DNA of 64,000 bases, from positions 372,001-436,000 of IMG/VR virus record IMGVR_UViG_3300035182_002586. One strand, written 5' to 3'. Under the pieces are notes generated by a model. The model searched no databases. It had not been told where the DNA came from and saw only the letters and a program-made list of their open reading frames with translations. Both the position numbers and the translations under genes were made by a program. Shown one piece after another: positions 40,731 through 50,115 of this stretch. Numbering within the stretch: the first letter of the stretch is position 1; every line of letters starts with the position of its first letter.

Positions 40731-43700
40731 CTAAGCACCCGCCTCGATCATCCCGATCAAGTCCATAACCGAGGGCTCGTGATGAACGACCGCCGGTTTC
40801 CTGTGGGTGGACCCCACGCGGAAGACCTCCTCATCCCGAGCCCTCTCTCGCGCCGAACCCTCCGTCAACATGGCGTAGAGCTGCTTGCCGATCGAGAGGC
40901 CCGCAAGGTACTCGTCTTCCGCCACGCCCGCCGCCTGGAGAGCAGCCTCGGGGTCGAGGCCGTCCGTGGAGACGGAGACGGCGACCTTGTGCATGAGCAG
41001 GTCGTGGAGCTGTTCCTGGAGAGTGTCGACGTAGATCGGCACGTGCACCCGCGTCTCAATCTTCTGCCCGATGCGATCGATGCGACCGATCGCCTGACGA
41101 AACACGACCGGGTTGCACGCCGGGTTCTGCATCCACACTTCCGTCGCGAAGTGCACGAGATTGTTGAGCCCCGTCTGGATGCACACAGGGTTGGTGACGA
41201 GCACCTGGCGCTTCTTCTTGACGATCTCGCGATCGATCCAGTCCTGACGCTTGGCCGTCGACACCTTGTCGGCGTAGAGGACCGGGACCGTCTCACCGAT
41301 GCGCTCGGAGATGATGCGCGCGAGGCGCGGCAGCAGCGTGATGTGCCACGCAAAGACCATCACGTTCCGACCCTCGGCCAGCTCCGCCTCGATGGTCCGG
41401 AGCATCCACTCTTCTTTCGCGAGGAGGGTCGAGGGGTCGAGAGGGGTTGCTGCCGCCACGAGCGCCGAACCCACGGACTCGGGGTAGCGGACCTCGAAGA
41501 CGCCCTTGTCGCAGTTGCCCACGTCTCCCGTCGCGCGGTCGAGGTACGACGGCAGCTCGGAGAGCTGACCGAAGAGCTTTCCCGCCATGTCCGGCTCGAA
41601 CTGGTCCTTGCGTACGGCCGCGAGAACTGCATCGAGGAGATGACGGTACTGCTTCATCACGTCCGTCTCCGCCTGGATGAGATGACGGTGCTGACGGCAC
41701 GGCGGAAGGTCGATCGCGAGGTCAGTCTTGTGCAAAGTGACCGACATCGGGAGAAGATGACGGAGCAAGAACAGGGGAAGGACGCCGGGGGCGTTCCCCA
41801 CGAAGCGCTCCTGACGCTCGACGCGATCGGTGTGCGAGCCGAACTCGACGATCTTGCCGGTTTCCTTGTCCTTGTCCTCGACGAGCCGCTTGCGGTAGCC
41901 GTAGCGATCGACGAACTTGGTGCGCTCGCTGCGGTCGAACTCAGTACGGAACGCGGGGGAAAGGGCCCAGAAGTTCGTGAACAGGCTCTCCGCGTAGCCG
42001 TTCATGATCGTCCCCGTCATCAGGATCGTGGGGAGGCCGAGCCCCGTGAGACGGTGCGCCGACCGCTCCTGCGCCGACCCGTCCGTCGCGTACTCATGCC
42101 CTTCGTCCAGCACGAGGAAGTCGAAGAGGCGCGGGTGACGCATCGAGATGAGGCGGGCGAGGGGGTAGCGAAGGGGGGCGGGGCTCGCCTGGAAGAGAGG
42201 CTCGCCGCACTCGGGCCCCATCGGGAAGTGCCCGAGCGAGCACAAGGAAGCGAGCACTTCCCGGGCGAGGCGCATGGACCCGGCCGCGTGTTCCGCGACG
42301 ACGAAGTGCCCGTCCCGGAACGCCAGCTCGCCGGCCCCCATGAAGTTGGGGAGCCCCTTGCCCGAAGCCAGCTCGCCGATCCGGCGATTGATGTCCCCCC
42401 ACGGCCCGCTGCCGCCGTAGCTGCCGTAGCCGTAGTACCCATGGGTCGGTACGGCGCGCATCTCCTCGATGAGGCTCATCTGGAGGTCACTGCCCGGGGG
42501 GAGAAGCAGCACGAGGTCTCGCGAGAGGTCGCGGCCACCGCCCCACCCCTCCTCTGCCCACATGAGCAGGCGGATGGCCCGAACGAGACGTTCCGTGTCG
42601 TTCGCCGCAAGAAGCGTGTTCAGAAGAGCCCGGTCCAACTTCTCCCGGGCCCCCTCACCTTCGAGGCGAGCCGTCACGATCTCCGCAAGAACCCGGTCGA
42701 CGATCTCGCTCGGGATCCCTGCCCACACCGGCGCCGCGCCGCCCTTGATCCGTGCCGCGTACCTCACCTTGCGGGCACGGCCCGCCCGACCCGACATCAG
42801 AGCCGTCACGTTGCCGTCGGTCGGGGCGTGCGGCTGGAGGAGCACGGCGAGGCGGTGCGCAATCGCGGCCTTGGAGCAACCCAGCGTGTACGCTTTCGCC
42901 TCGCAGCGAGCGCGTTTCTTCACGAGATCCACGTCCGTCGGAACCGGAGCCCCACACTTCGGGCACGCCCCCGTCGAGACCCCCTCCCACCCGTGACCGA
43001 GCTTGGCCGACTCTCGCGAGAGGACCGCCACGACCGGCTGATCCATCGGGATTTCGGTGAGGGCGTCGACATCCGCCACGTTCTGGAGAACGCGGACCGT
43101 CGCCTCGGGAACAACCGCAGAGATCTCGTTCTTCCACGAGGTCAGGAGGTGCGGCGGACACAGGATCAGGATCCGCTTCGCGCCGATGGAGCGCGCCGCC
43201 ATGAGAGAGACGGTGGACTTCCCCGACCCGATCTCACCGAGCAGGATCGCCGTCTTGCCGCGACGAGAAGCCGCAGAGGCACCCGTGCCCCCAAGGAGCT
43301 TTACGAGGGCGCGCGAGGCGTGAGCCTGCGCCGAGAAGAGCCGACGGGGCGACGACGCGAGCGTGATGCTCTCCGCATCCGTGCGGGGGTCGTAGAGAAT
43401 CGGGCACTGGCGTTCCATCACCGCCATGAGGCTTTCGCCGTAGTGCGCGAGCAGGTCTGCCACCGTCATCGACTCGACGGACGGAGCCTTCGATGCTTCC
43501 GTGCCCGTCTTGAGCACGTGGTAGTGATGCGTGTGGAGGTCGAGAACCGTGGTGACCAGCTTCGGCTGCTGGACCTGGACGACGCCCCGCACTTCCCCTT
43601 CCTTGTTCTTCTTCTCTTCGATGGTCCGGAACTCCCGGTCGAAGACGCCCTTCACGAGCAAGGGCGGGAGCCGAGTGTTCTTCGACTCGATACGGGCCCC

Positions 43701-44654
43701 GTTGAAGATGCCGCTGGCGATACCGGCCGCGATGTGCGCCGGCCGCGGGGGCATCGCTACGGGGTACTTCCGGAGAAGCATCTCCGCCACGGGCACGTCG
43801 GGGATGATACCGGGCGTCGGCACGAGAGCGCCCGCGCGCGTCGTCTGCATCCAGGGGCGAGCCTTGGCCGTGAGCGTCGCCACATCGACCGGACGCATGA
43901 CCCACTCGGTCAGCCCGTAGCTACCGTGGTAGTCGACCGTCGCGGGGACCGTCGTGCGCTCGACTTCACCACCCTCCGGAAGGACGGGCATTGCGGACGG
44001 GTCCGACGCCCACTTGAGGACGGCCAGGACAGCATCGGGGTCCGGGTTCAGCAGGGGCGCTGAACGCTTGACGCCGATCAGGACAACCTGCTTGTAGCTG
44101 TCCCAGTCCGGATCCGGGAAACGGAAGCACCGGAGAGACTCGAACTCCCGGCTAAGGGTCTCGGCCGACGCCTTGAGCGCCGAATAGGGGACTACGAAAA
44201 CGAGAACGCCCGAGGTTGCCAGCGTCCCGAGGAAGCGGACGAGGAAGCGTTGCTCCAACCGCCCGTGGATCGGGTCGAGGTCGTACGGGGGGTTGAGGTA
44301 GAGCAGGGAGACGCCACGGCTATACCCGTGCGCGTAGGTGACCCGGAAGGCGTCTCCGTGCACCAGGCTGCGAGACAGGTTGTAGGAGATTCCCTCGCAG
44401 GTCTTCTTCAACGCGTTGAAGCGCGTCTCTTCCATCTCGCACGCGTAGAGGTGGCTGTCTCGGGACCAGTTGTCCCCGCCGCCGCGAAGCTCCTTGATGA
44501 GGTCCAGGACGGCCGAACCCTCACCCGCGCAGGGGTCGAGGAACGCCGGGGTGCGGGCTTCTTCTGGCAGGGCCAGGACCGCCGCGATGCGCGGGATCAG
44601 ACGGCTCGGGGTGGGGTAGTACCCCGCCACTGCCACGCTCTCAAGCCTCGCCAT
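40731..44654 (-). CDS. DNA methyltransferase (DUF6094-like)-SF2 helicase fusion
   Basis: GYYPTP, LDPCAGEG and LNPPY; Walker A GEIGSGKS; DEGH; TGT; QTGLN; QAIGRIDRIGQ. Confidence 0.88.
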   Translation of the reverse strand: MARLESVAVAGYYPTPSRLIPRIAAVLALPEEARTPAFLDPCAGEGSAVLDLIKELRGGGDNWSRDSHLYACEMEETRFNALKKTCEGISYNLSRSLVHGDAFRVTYAHGYSRGVSLLYLNPPYDLDPIHGRLEQRFLVRFLGTLATSGVLVFVVPYSALKASAETLSREFESLRCFRFPDPDWDSYKQVVLIGVKRSAPLLNPDPDAVLAVLKWASDPSAMPVLPEGGEVERTTVPATVDYHGSYGLTEWVMRPVDVATLTAKARPWMQTTRAGALVPTPGIIPDVPVAEMLLRKYPVAMPPRPAHIAAGIASGIFNGARIESKNTRLPPLLVKGVFDREFRTIEEKKNKEGEVRGVVQVQQPKLVTTVLDLHTHHYHVLKTGTEASKAPSVESMTVADLLAHYGESLMAVMERQCPILYDPRTDAESITLASSPRRLFSAQAHASRALVKLLGGTGASAASRRGKTAILLGEIGSGKSTVSLMAARSIGAKRILILCPPHLLTSWKNEISAVVPEATVRVLQNVADVDALTEIPMDQPVVAVLSRESAKLGHGWEGVSTGACPKCGAPVPTDVDLVKKRARCEAKAYTLGCSKAAIAHRLAVLLQPHAPTDGNVTALMSGRAGRARKVRYAARIKGGAAPVWAGIPSEIVDRVLAEIVTARLEGEGAREKLDRALLNTLLAANDTERLVRAIRLLMWAEEGWGGGRDLSRDLVLLLPPGSDLQMSLIEEMRAVPTHGYYGYGSYGGSGPWGDINRRIGELASGKGLPNFMGAGELAFRDGHFVVAEHAAGSMRLAREVLASLCSLGHFPMGPECGEPLFQASPAPLRYPLARLISMRHPRLFDFLVLDEGHEYATDGSAQERSAHRLTGLGLPTILMTGTIMNGYAESLFTNFWALSPAFRTEFDRSERTKFVDRYGYRKRLVEDKDKETGKIVEFGSHTDRVERQERFVGNAPGVLPLFLLRHLLPMSVTLHKTDLAIDLPPCRQHRHLIQAETDVMKQYRHLLDAVLAAVRKDQFEPDMAGKLFGQLSELPSYLDRATGDVGNCDKGVFEVRYPESVGSALVAAATPLDPSTLLAKEEWMLRTIEAELAEGRNVMVFAWHITLLPRLARIISERIGETVPVLYADKVSTAKRQDWIDREIVKKKRQVLVTNPVCIQTGLNNLVHFATEVWMQNPACNPVVFRQAIGRIDRIGQKIETRVHVPIYVDTLQEQLHDLLMHKVAVSVSTDGLDPEAALQAAGVAEDEYLAGLSIGKQLYAMLTEGSARERARDEEVFRVGSTHRKPAVVHHEPSVMDLIGMIEAGA

Positions 44655-45467
44655 TTAGACACCACCCGTGTGCTGGAAGAACAGGGCCACTTGCTCCGCG
44701 AGAATCGTCTCGATTTGCTCGTGGCTGGCCTTGAAAGAGATGCCGGGGAGCAACCCCACGTCTGCCGTATCGACCTCGAAGAAGACGTGGTGCGAATGCC
44801 GCCCCCACTGCTTCTCACGGTACGAGTACTTCTCCGCCCCCGACCACGACGCGTAGCCCGCGTCCAAACAGGCGAGGAGGAGCTGGAGATAGAAGCGACC
44901 GTCCGAGAGCAACGGACAACGGGTCCGGCGGTCCAAGTAGACGGCGAAGAGGAACGCGACGGACACGAGCGACGGGAACGCTTCCTCCGTGAGGGGGTAG
45001 CCCAAGCGCGTCGCGTGTTCGAGAATGGGGGCCGTCTCGATCTTCTGTTCTGCCGCCCACGAAGCGGAGGGGAGCACGACGAACCGAACTCCGCTCGGAT
45101 CAACCATCCCAGGATCCGCCCGAAAGAGGTCCGGAAGGAACACCGTGGCGATCATGCCCTCAGGCTCCCGCTGCCAGGTCACCTGGTAGCCCGCAGAGCG
45201 GAGCAGCTCCAAGCGATCACCGCCCTTGCGGGAGTTGTGGTACTCGTTGGCCTTGAGGAACATGCCCTTCCGGCCGCTAGTCAGGTTCGCCATGAAGGGG
45301 CGCATCTCCGCGTCGCTTCCGGCGAACATCGCCCACACGGGCCGTGTGTCGTCGGTCGTTGCGTTGCCGCCCGACCAGAGACCATCGGCGATGACACTGG
45401 CCAGGCAAAGGGCCTCGAACGAGCGCCCTTTGCCCTCCTGCTGCGGTGCGATGACGATGCGCCTCAT
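44655..45467 (-). CDS. Hypothetical protein, co-transcribed partner of the methyltransferase-helicase
   Basis: Start MRRIVI downstream of a GATGGATC cassette; abuts the next gene. Confidence 0.65.
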   Translation of the reverse strand: MRRIVIAPQQEGKGRSFEALCLASVIADGLWSGGNATTDDTRPVWAMFAGSDAEMRPFMANLTSGRKGMFLKANEYHNSRKGGDRLELLRSAGYQVTWQREPEGMIATVFLPDLFRADPGMVDPSGVRFVVLPSASWAAEQKIETAPILEHATRLGYPLTEEAFPSLVSVAFLFAVYLDRRTRCPLLSDGRFYLQLLLACLDAGYASWSGAEKYSYREKQWGRHSHHVFFEVDTADVGLLPGISFKASHEQIETILAEQVALFFQHTGGV

Positions 45468-45596
45468 CTCAGACCCTCTACCGCACGAACCCGAAGCCGA
45501 TCCATCGGGAATCGTCCGGAAGGCCCGGAGGCCACCATTCAAGGATACACCGTGATCCTTCGATACAAACAGAGGTGTACTCTATCAGGAGCCCCC

Positions 45597-45793
45597 ATGT
45601 CCTACACCTACGACCAACGCACCGCCTCGAAGAAGCTCACCCCGGCGCCGCCCGCATCCTCAAGGACGTGGAGCACGCGATGCAGGAAGCAGAAGAGATG
45701 AGCGGGCCGGAGGGGGAGGACTACCTCAACCTCATGGAAGCGATCGCGGCTGAGGCCAAGAAGCGGCACGACGCCTACAAGGCGACGCTCTAG
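45597..45793 (+). pseudogene. Small gene with an apparent frameshift
   Basis: AGGAG RBS + MSYTYDQRTASKKLTP; coding-like sequence continues in another frame (AARILKDVEHAMQ...KATL*); span is 197 nt. Confidence 0.5.
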
Positions 45794-46053
45794 GGCTTCT
45801 TCGGAACAGGGACTCCTCGACGCTCTAGCTCGGCACGCGCTTGCTTCAGGTCACGCTGAACCAAGTCATCGTCACCCGCATTCATCGAGTCGTAGCGACC
45901 CTCCACGAGGCCCACGAGGTACTCCGTCTCGGCCTCCTCAGGAACGAGGGTCCAGCGACCGGGGACGGCGAGCAAGCTCGGGGTGTCGGGCCCGAACTTG
46001 AACTTGGCCCCTCCCAGGGCCGCCAGAAGACCTCGGGGCTTGTTCTCGCTCAC
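45790..46053 (-). CDS. Hypothetical protein
   Basis: GTGA-coupled start. Confidence 0.5.
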   Translation of the reverse strand: MSENKPRGLLAALGGAKFKFGPDTPSLLAVPGRWTLVPEEAETEYLVGLVEGRYDSMNAGDDDLVQRDLKQARAELERRGVPVPKKP

Positions 46054-46361
46054 CTCTTGGACCTCTTGGTGCGCCGGCCGACCCCTTGGAGTTGCTCCAG
46101 CACGAACACAGCGTCGCTGTACATCTGAGCCCCTTTCTTCGAGGCAATGGGGTCCCCGTGGACGTTCACGTCGACGTCGTAACCGTGCGAGACGAGGAAC
46201 ATGGCCTCGGCCACCGTGAGCTTGCGGCTCACCCAGGTCTTGAAGGCGGGGCTCACGTCCCACAAGTACTCGGAGTTGTTCGGGCTCCGGTAGTTGTGGT
46301 TCTTGGGGAGGCGGGGCAGACAGTCCAACGGCCTCCAGTAGTTCGGTCGCGTCTCCGGCAT
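46050..46361 (-). CDS. Hypothetical protein
   Basis: Start MPETRPN coupled to the upstream stop. Confidence 0.55.
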   Translation of the reverse strand: MPETRPNYWRPLDCLPRLPKNHNYRSPNNSEYLWDVSPAFKTWVSRKLTVAEAMFLVSHGYDVDVNVHGDPIASKKGAQMYSDAVFVLEQLQGVGRRTKRSKR

Positions 46362-47242
46362 CACGCCTCCGTCAGAACCCGGAAGAACCTCTCCCGGTCG
46401 ATGGACACAGAGATACGGGTCCGCGTCCCCTCTGCGAGGCGCGAGCCCCACTCCCCCCGCTCACGGTAGACCTCGACCTCCCGGAAGGCACAGACCTCTC
46501 GGTCGATAGCCACCGCAGCCGCGAGGGGGTCGTGGAACGCCTTCCCCTCCGCCCTTCGCGCGAGGTAGACCTCCATCCCCTCTTGCACGAGGAGCATCCC
46601 CGCCGTCTTGTGCGTGAGCGCCTTGACCCTCTCGTGCATGGCCTGGTCGTACACAACGCCGTGGCAGACGTTCTTCGAGACGAGCCAGCGCTCCCCGATC
46701 CGGTCACTCGCGAGCATCTCCTTGGCGAGGTCGGGGGCTCCGTTGAAGTTGAAGGTCGGACACGTCTCCCGACCCGCGAACTTGGCCAACCGGTGCTCGG
46801 GCGGCACCACAGAGTCCCCCGCGAAACCCCCCTGCGCGACCCACGTGCCAATCCGCACGTCCGCGTGCTGTCGTAGAAGGGTCCCCGGATTCTTGAGCGC
46901 CGCGCCTGTAAGCATCGTGGCATCCGGGCGGCGACGGAACACGGCGGCCAAGATCTCGGCGCCGCTTCCCGTCGGGTCCGTTGGAGCGATGTCCCCGAGC
47001 CACCGGTGGTGGAACTCCGAGACGTTCTTCGGGTTGGAGGTGCCCGTGAACGCACCGATAGGGAGTGCGGATCGACCCAGGCGATCCAAGAGGTGACGGA
47101 CGATGCCTACCTGTTCGAGAGAGCCCGGCGTCACCGTGACCGCCATCAGGTCGACGCGCGGGTGTGTGGCCAGGATGCAGAGCGTGAGCGCGTCGTCCGG
47201 GTCCGACGTCTCCATGTCGAAGACAAGAGCCACAGGGTTCAT
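46361..47242 (-). CDS. Nucleoside hydrolase (IU-NH family)
   Basis: FDMETSDPDDALTL, TFNFN, AFHDPLAAAVAID. Confidence 0.85.
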   Translation of the reverse strand: MNPVALVFDMETSDPDDALTLCILATHPRVDLMAVTVTPGSLEQVGIVRHLLDRLGRSALPIGAFTGTSNPKNVSEFHHRWLGDIAPTDPTGSGAEILAAVFRRRPDATMLTGAALKNPGTLLRQHADVRIGTWVAQGGFAGDSVVPPEHRLAKFAGRETCPTFNFNGAPDLAKEMLASDRIGERWLVSKNVCHGVVYDQAMHERVKALTHKTAGMLLVQEGMEVYLARRAEGKAFHDPLAAAVAIDREVCAFREVEVYRERGEWGSRLAEGTRTRISVSIDRERFFRVLTEA

Positions 47243-47922
47243 GCGGTGCCGGAGGCAGGTGCCTCCTCCTCGACGAAGAGCCCGCGAACCAGGTCCCTCA
47301 TCACGGACAGCAGCGCGCCCGACATCAGGTTCGCGAGGTAGATGCGGGCCCACCCCCGGTCTTTGGTCGAGTCCGGTGGCACTTCATCCAGCAACCGCAC
47401 GGCCGTAGCCCCGGGAGGAACCTCCTCCGTGCTGACACAAACGTGCACCGTCACGTCATGTCCCTCCAGAGTGGGCTCCTTTCGCAGCTCCTCCGCACAC
47501 AGGTGTCCGATCGAGTGGGCCTCTGCCACGCTGATGCGGCACGACTCGACCACAAGCGCCAGTGTGAGCGACGGCCGGGAAGGGCAGGAGAGTGCGTCGC
47601 TGAGCGCCGACTTCGAGAACGGCTTGAGGAGGAAGTTGTCGAGGTCGGGGTACGATCGATCGGTCCCGGACATCAGCACGATCCGCAGGTGAGGGTAGGA
47701 CTCGCGAGCGAGGCGGAGAAAGTCGGCACCCGTCTTCTCCGACCCCAAGTCGTGGTCCGACCCCAAGTCGTGGTCCGAGATCACGACATCCAGATCCGCC
47801 CCGAGGGCGCTCACGGCTTCGTCGTACGTTGCGGCTTGCACTGTCTCGTGGCCCAGCGTGCGCAACGTACGGCTGAGCGACGAACGGTTCCCTGCGCAGT
47901 CATCAAGGACGAGCACTTTCAT
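47239..47922 (-). CDS. Response-regulator receiver domain protein
   Basis: MKVLVLDD...VVISDHDLG...LMSG...FLLKPF. Confidence 0.85.
   Translation of the reverse strand: MKVLVLDDCAGNRSSLSRTLRTLGHETVQAATYDEAVSALGADLDVVISDHDLGSDHDLGSEKTGADFLRLARESYPHLRIVLMSGTDRSYPDLDNFLLKPFSKSALSDALSCPSRPSLTLALVVESCRISVAEAHSIGHLCAEELRKEPTLEGHDVTVHVCVSTEEVPPGATAVRLLDEVPPDSTKDRGWARIYLANLMSGALLSVMRDLVRGLFVEEEAPASGTA
47738..47778. repeat. 18-nt in-frame tandem duplication
   Basis: TCCGACCCCAAGTCGTGG x2 plus TCCGA, encoding SDHDLG SDHDLG. Confidence 0.9.
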
Positions 47923-47970
47923 CCCTGCTAGCCCTACACCGAATGTCCTGCGCGGTGTACGCGTAGTTGC

Positions 47971-48432
47971 ATGAAGGCGAAAACTCTCGTGCACAAGTGC
48001 CACCAGAACCTCCTGGAGCTGCACTCTCGCCTGTGCGTCGATGTGATCGACGACCACTCGAAGGCCGTCGCGCTGGCTGCGGCCAAGAAGCTCGCCGAAG
48101 ACGCCGCGCAGCTCGTCGAGGCGATCACGAGGGGCGTTCCCGAACCCCTGCCCAAGAGCCCCCCGTGTGTGGCGAACGTCGGCGAGGGCTTCGGCGGGTG
48201 GGACGAGGCCCTCGAAGACGGGACCCCGCGCTCCCCGCTCATCTTCTCGTGCCAGATCGAAGCACGGGCCAAAGCTCGAAAGCTCCTCCGGGAAGTGCTC
48301 GATATCCCTCTGGAAGTCGCCGCTCGTTCCGTACCCACGGATGCGGGGCCCGAGGTGTCGGACCGTGACGTGGAGAGGCTGGACGCCGCCCTCAAGGCGC
48401 ACCGGATCGACGCAAAGGTTTCGCGGCGCTAG
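47971..48432 (+). CDS. Hypothetical protein
   Basis: ATG 11 nt after CGGTGTA. Confidence 0.6.
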   Translation: MKAKTLVHKCHQNLLELHSRLCVDVIDDHSKAVALAAAKKLAEDAAQLVEAITRGVPEPLPKSPPCVANVGEGFGGWDEALEDGTPRSPLIFSCQIEARAKARKLLREVLDIPLEVAARSVPTDAGPEVSDRDVERLDAALKAHRIDAKVSRR

Positions 48433-48680
48433 TTCATCGCCACGGGCGCGATGAGTACGCGCAACTCTTGCCGTGCCTCGTCCGCGTGAGGGAAGCTCCC
48501 GATGAGGATGTCGAGGACCTCATCCATGGAGCGACGCTTGTTGTGCATCACGTCGTGGATGGCCCGGGCCGCACGGTTCCGGTCGTCCACGCTCACCGTG
48601 CCCACTGGTCGACGGTAGAGGATCGAGGCCACGCGGCAGAACGGGTCGCCCTTCTGATACATCAGCACAGGAGTGAGCAT
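48429..48680 (-). CDS. Hypothetical protein
   Basis: GGAGG RBS; start MLTPVLMY. Confidence 0.5.
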   Translation of the reverse strand: MLTPVLMYQKGDPFCRVASILYRRPVGTVSVDDRNRAARAIHDVMHNKRRSMDEVLDILIGSFPHADEARQELRVLIAPVAMN

Positions 48681-48717
48681 AGCGCCTCCAAGAAGAAGTG
48701 GGACCCCCAGTGCCGTT

Positions 48718-49188
48718 CTACTTCTCCAAGAGGTCGTCCTCCAGGACCCTCTCGTAGCAGGATTGTGCTTCCGGGGAGGTTCGGGCAGGAACCTGTGCAC
48801 GCTTGAGAGCACCGTCAAGACGGGTATCCAAGGCCCGGGCTTGGAGGTAGATCGCCCTAGGAGATAGGGAAGGACCGCCGATTACGCGCTCCCAATCCAG
48901 AGGCAGACCGTCCAACCCTCCCATCCTAGCGCCCAAAGGTTCGGGGTCAGGGTGGTTCAAAGGTGACGGGATCACACGCGGCACGGGAAGGGACCTCGTG
49001 TGAAGAGCCCTCTCGAACGCGTCCAGCTCCTTGTCCACATCGGCCAAGCGTGCGCGATCCTCACGGGCTTGCTTCCCCATGGTTTTCAGCAGGGGGTGCA
49101 AGTACAGGTAGATGTAGAGCACGAGGCCCGTGACCACGAGGGCCAACACCGCTGAGAGGGCCTCTAGGGCGTGTAGACTCTGCTCCAC
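48718..49188 (-). CDS. Membrane-anchored hypothetical protein
   Basis: N-terminal TM helix followed by a coiled coil. Confidence 0.55.
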   Translation of the reverse strand: MEQSLHALEALSAVLALVVTGLVLYIYLYLHPLLKTMGKQAREDRARLADVDKELDAFERALHTRSLPVPRVIPSPLNHPDPEPLGARMGGLDGLPLDWERVIGGPSLSPRAIYLQARALDTRLDGALKRAQVPARTSPEAQSCYERVLEDDLLEK

Positions 49189-49198
49189 CCCTACGCTG

Positions 49199-49558
49199 TT
49201 ACACCACGCCGTCAGGGAACGTCGGATCAGGCTCTTCGTGCCAGTCGAGGCCCCCGCGATTGCTCTCCTCGTAGACGACCATGCCGGGATGCAGCCCGTC
49301 GTGGACCTCCCGGTGGCAGTTCGCGCAGAGCAGCTCGCACTTGTCCAGCTCGGGCTTGATCGCCTCGAACGAGGTCATCCTGTCGGAAATCGTGAAGTCC
49401 TTGAGCCAGACCTCGACGTGGTGGAACTCCAGAGCAGAGGGGCACTTGTCATAGCCGCACAAACGGCACTTGCCCCCGAGGTACGCGATCGCGTGCTCCC
49501 GGAGCTGCCGTCGCCTACGAGCCTCTTTGAACCGCCGATCGTAGCTCTCGCTCGCCAT
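49199..49558 (-). CDS. Small HNH endonuclease
   Basis: GGKCRLCGY...ALEFHH...KCELLCANCHREVH. Confidence 0.85.
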   Translation of the reverse strand: MASESYDRRFKEARRRRQLREHAIAYLGGKCRLCGYDKCPSALEFHHVEVWLKDFTISDRMTSFEAIKPELDKCELLCANCHREVHDGLHPGMVVYEESNRGGLDWHEEPDPTFPDGVV

Positions 49559-49584
49559 CCACAGGGGGTGGCGTATCGAAAGAA

Positions 49585-49708
49585 CGTCGAGGGCTTGATA
49601 CGGCCCGTCACCCTCGTCTGAGGAGAGTGCCGACTCCGAGTGATCAGCCCGGAGAGGGTGGGTCTCTTGGCCTTCGAGCCCACCACAAGCCGTATCAAGC
49701 CCTCGACG
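49585..49708. repeat. Perfect 20-bp inverted repeat enclosing 84 nt; candidate structured RNA
   Basis: CGTCGAGGGCTTGATACGGC (49585-49604) / GCCGTATCAAGCCCTCGACG (49689-49708), fully intergenic. Confidence 0.85.
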
Positions 49709-49712
49709 AATC

Positions 49713-50072
49713 TCACACGCTGACGCAGATCTCCCCCTCCTGACGCGCGCCTTCGACCGCCTCTGGGAAGGCGGCGACGATCGCCGCGTAACACTCCTCA
49801 CGCACCTGCTTGCGCCACGCGTCGATCGCGTCGAACCGCGCCTGGTTCCACTCGCCGTTGACGCGGACGGGGATGGCGTCGATCGCCCCCGGGAGACGGC
49901 GCGACGTGACGCTGCCGTGCACCTGGTTGCCGATCGTGAAGAGCGTCGAATGCGGGCCGAAGTACGACGACGGCTCGTAGACCGAGAACACGATGCGGCC
50001 CGTCGGGGCGATCGAGTTCTTGCACACCACGAACCCGCCGACCGCCTTCTTCTCGTTGATGTATTGCGCCAT
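49713..50072 (-). CDS. Hypothetical protein
   Basis: Start MAQYINEK directly after a GATGGATC cassette. Confidence 0.65.
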   Translation of the reverse strand: MAQYINEKKAVGGFVVCKNSIAPTGRIVFSVYEPSSYFGPHSTLFTIGNQVHGSVTSRRLPGAIDAIPVRVNGEWNQARFDAIDAWRKQVREECYAAIVAAFPEAVEGARQEGEICVSV

Positions 50073-50115
50073 GTCCCCTCTACAATGGGGGACCCCCGAC
50101 GATCCATCCGAGAAG

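Noticed and set aside
40779-44063. 1094-aa plus-strand ORF, and similar long ORFs at 7071-8516, 25544-27223, 33744-35633, 50419-51855, 55485-57320 and 58323-60269
   Set aside because: Antisense shadows of real genes, caused by high GC3 codon usage; no recognisable motifs
49615-49645. Hammerhead ribozyme (CTGAGGAG plus a small stem) or SAM-I-like riboswitch in the inverted-repeat element
   Set aside because: The required GAAA core after stem II is missing; SAM-I motifs are partial and out of order
49630-49660. tRNA-like anticodon arm (7-bp stem, CUGAUCA loop)
   Set aside because: No T-loop, D-loop or acceptor stem; no tRNA gene recognised anywhere in the window
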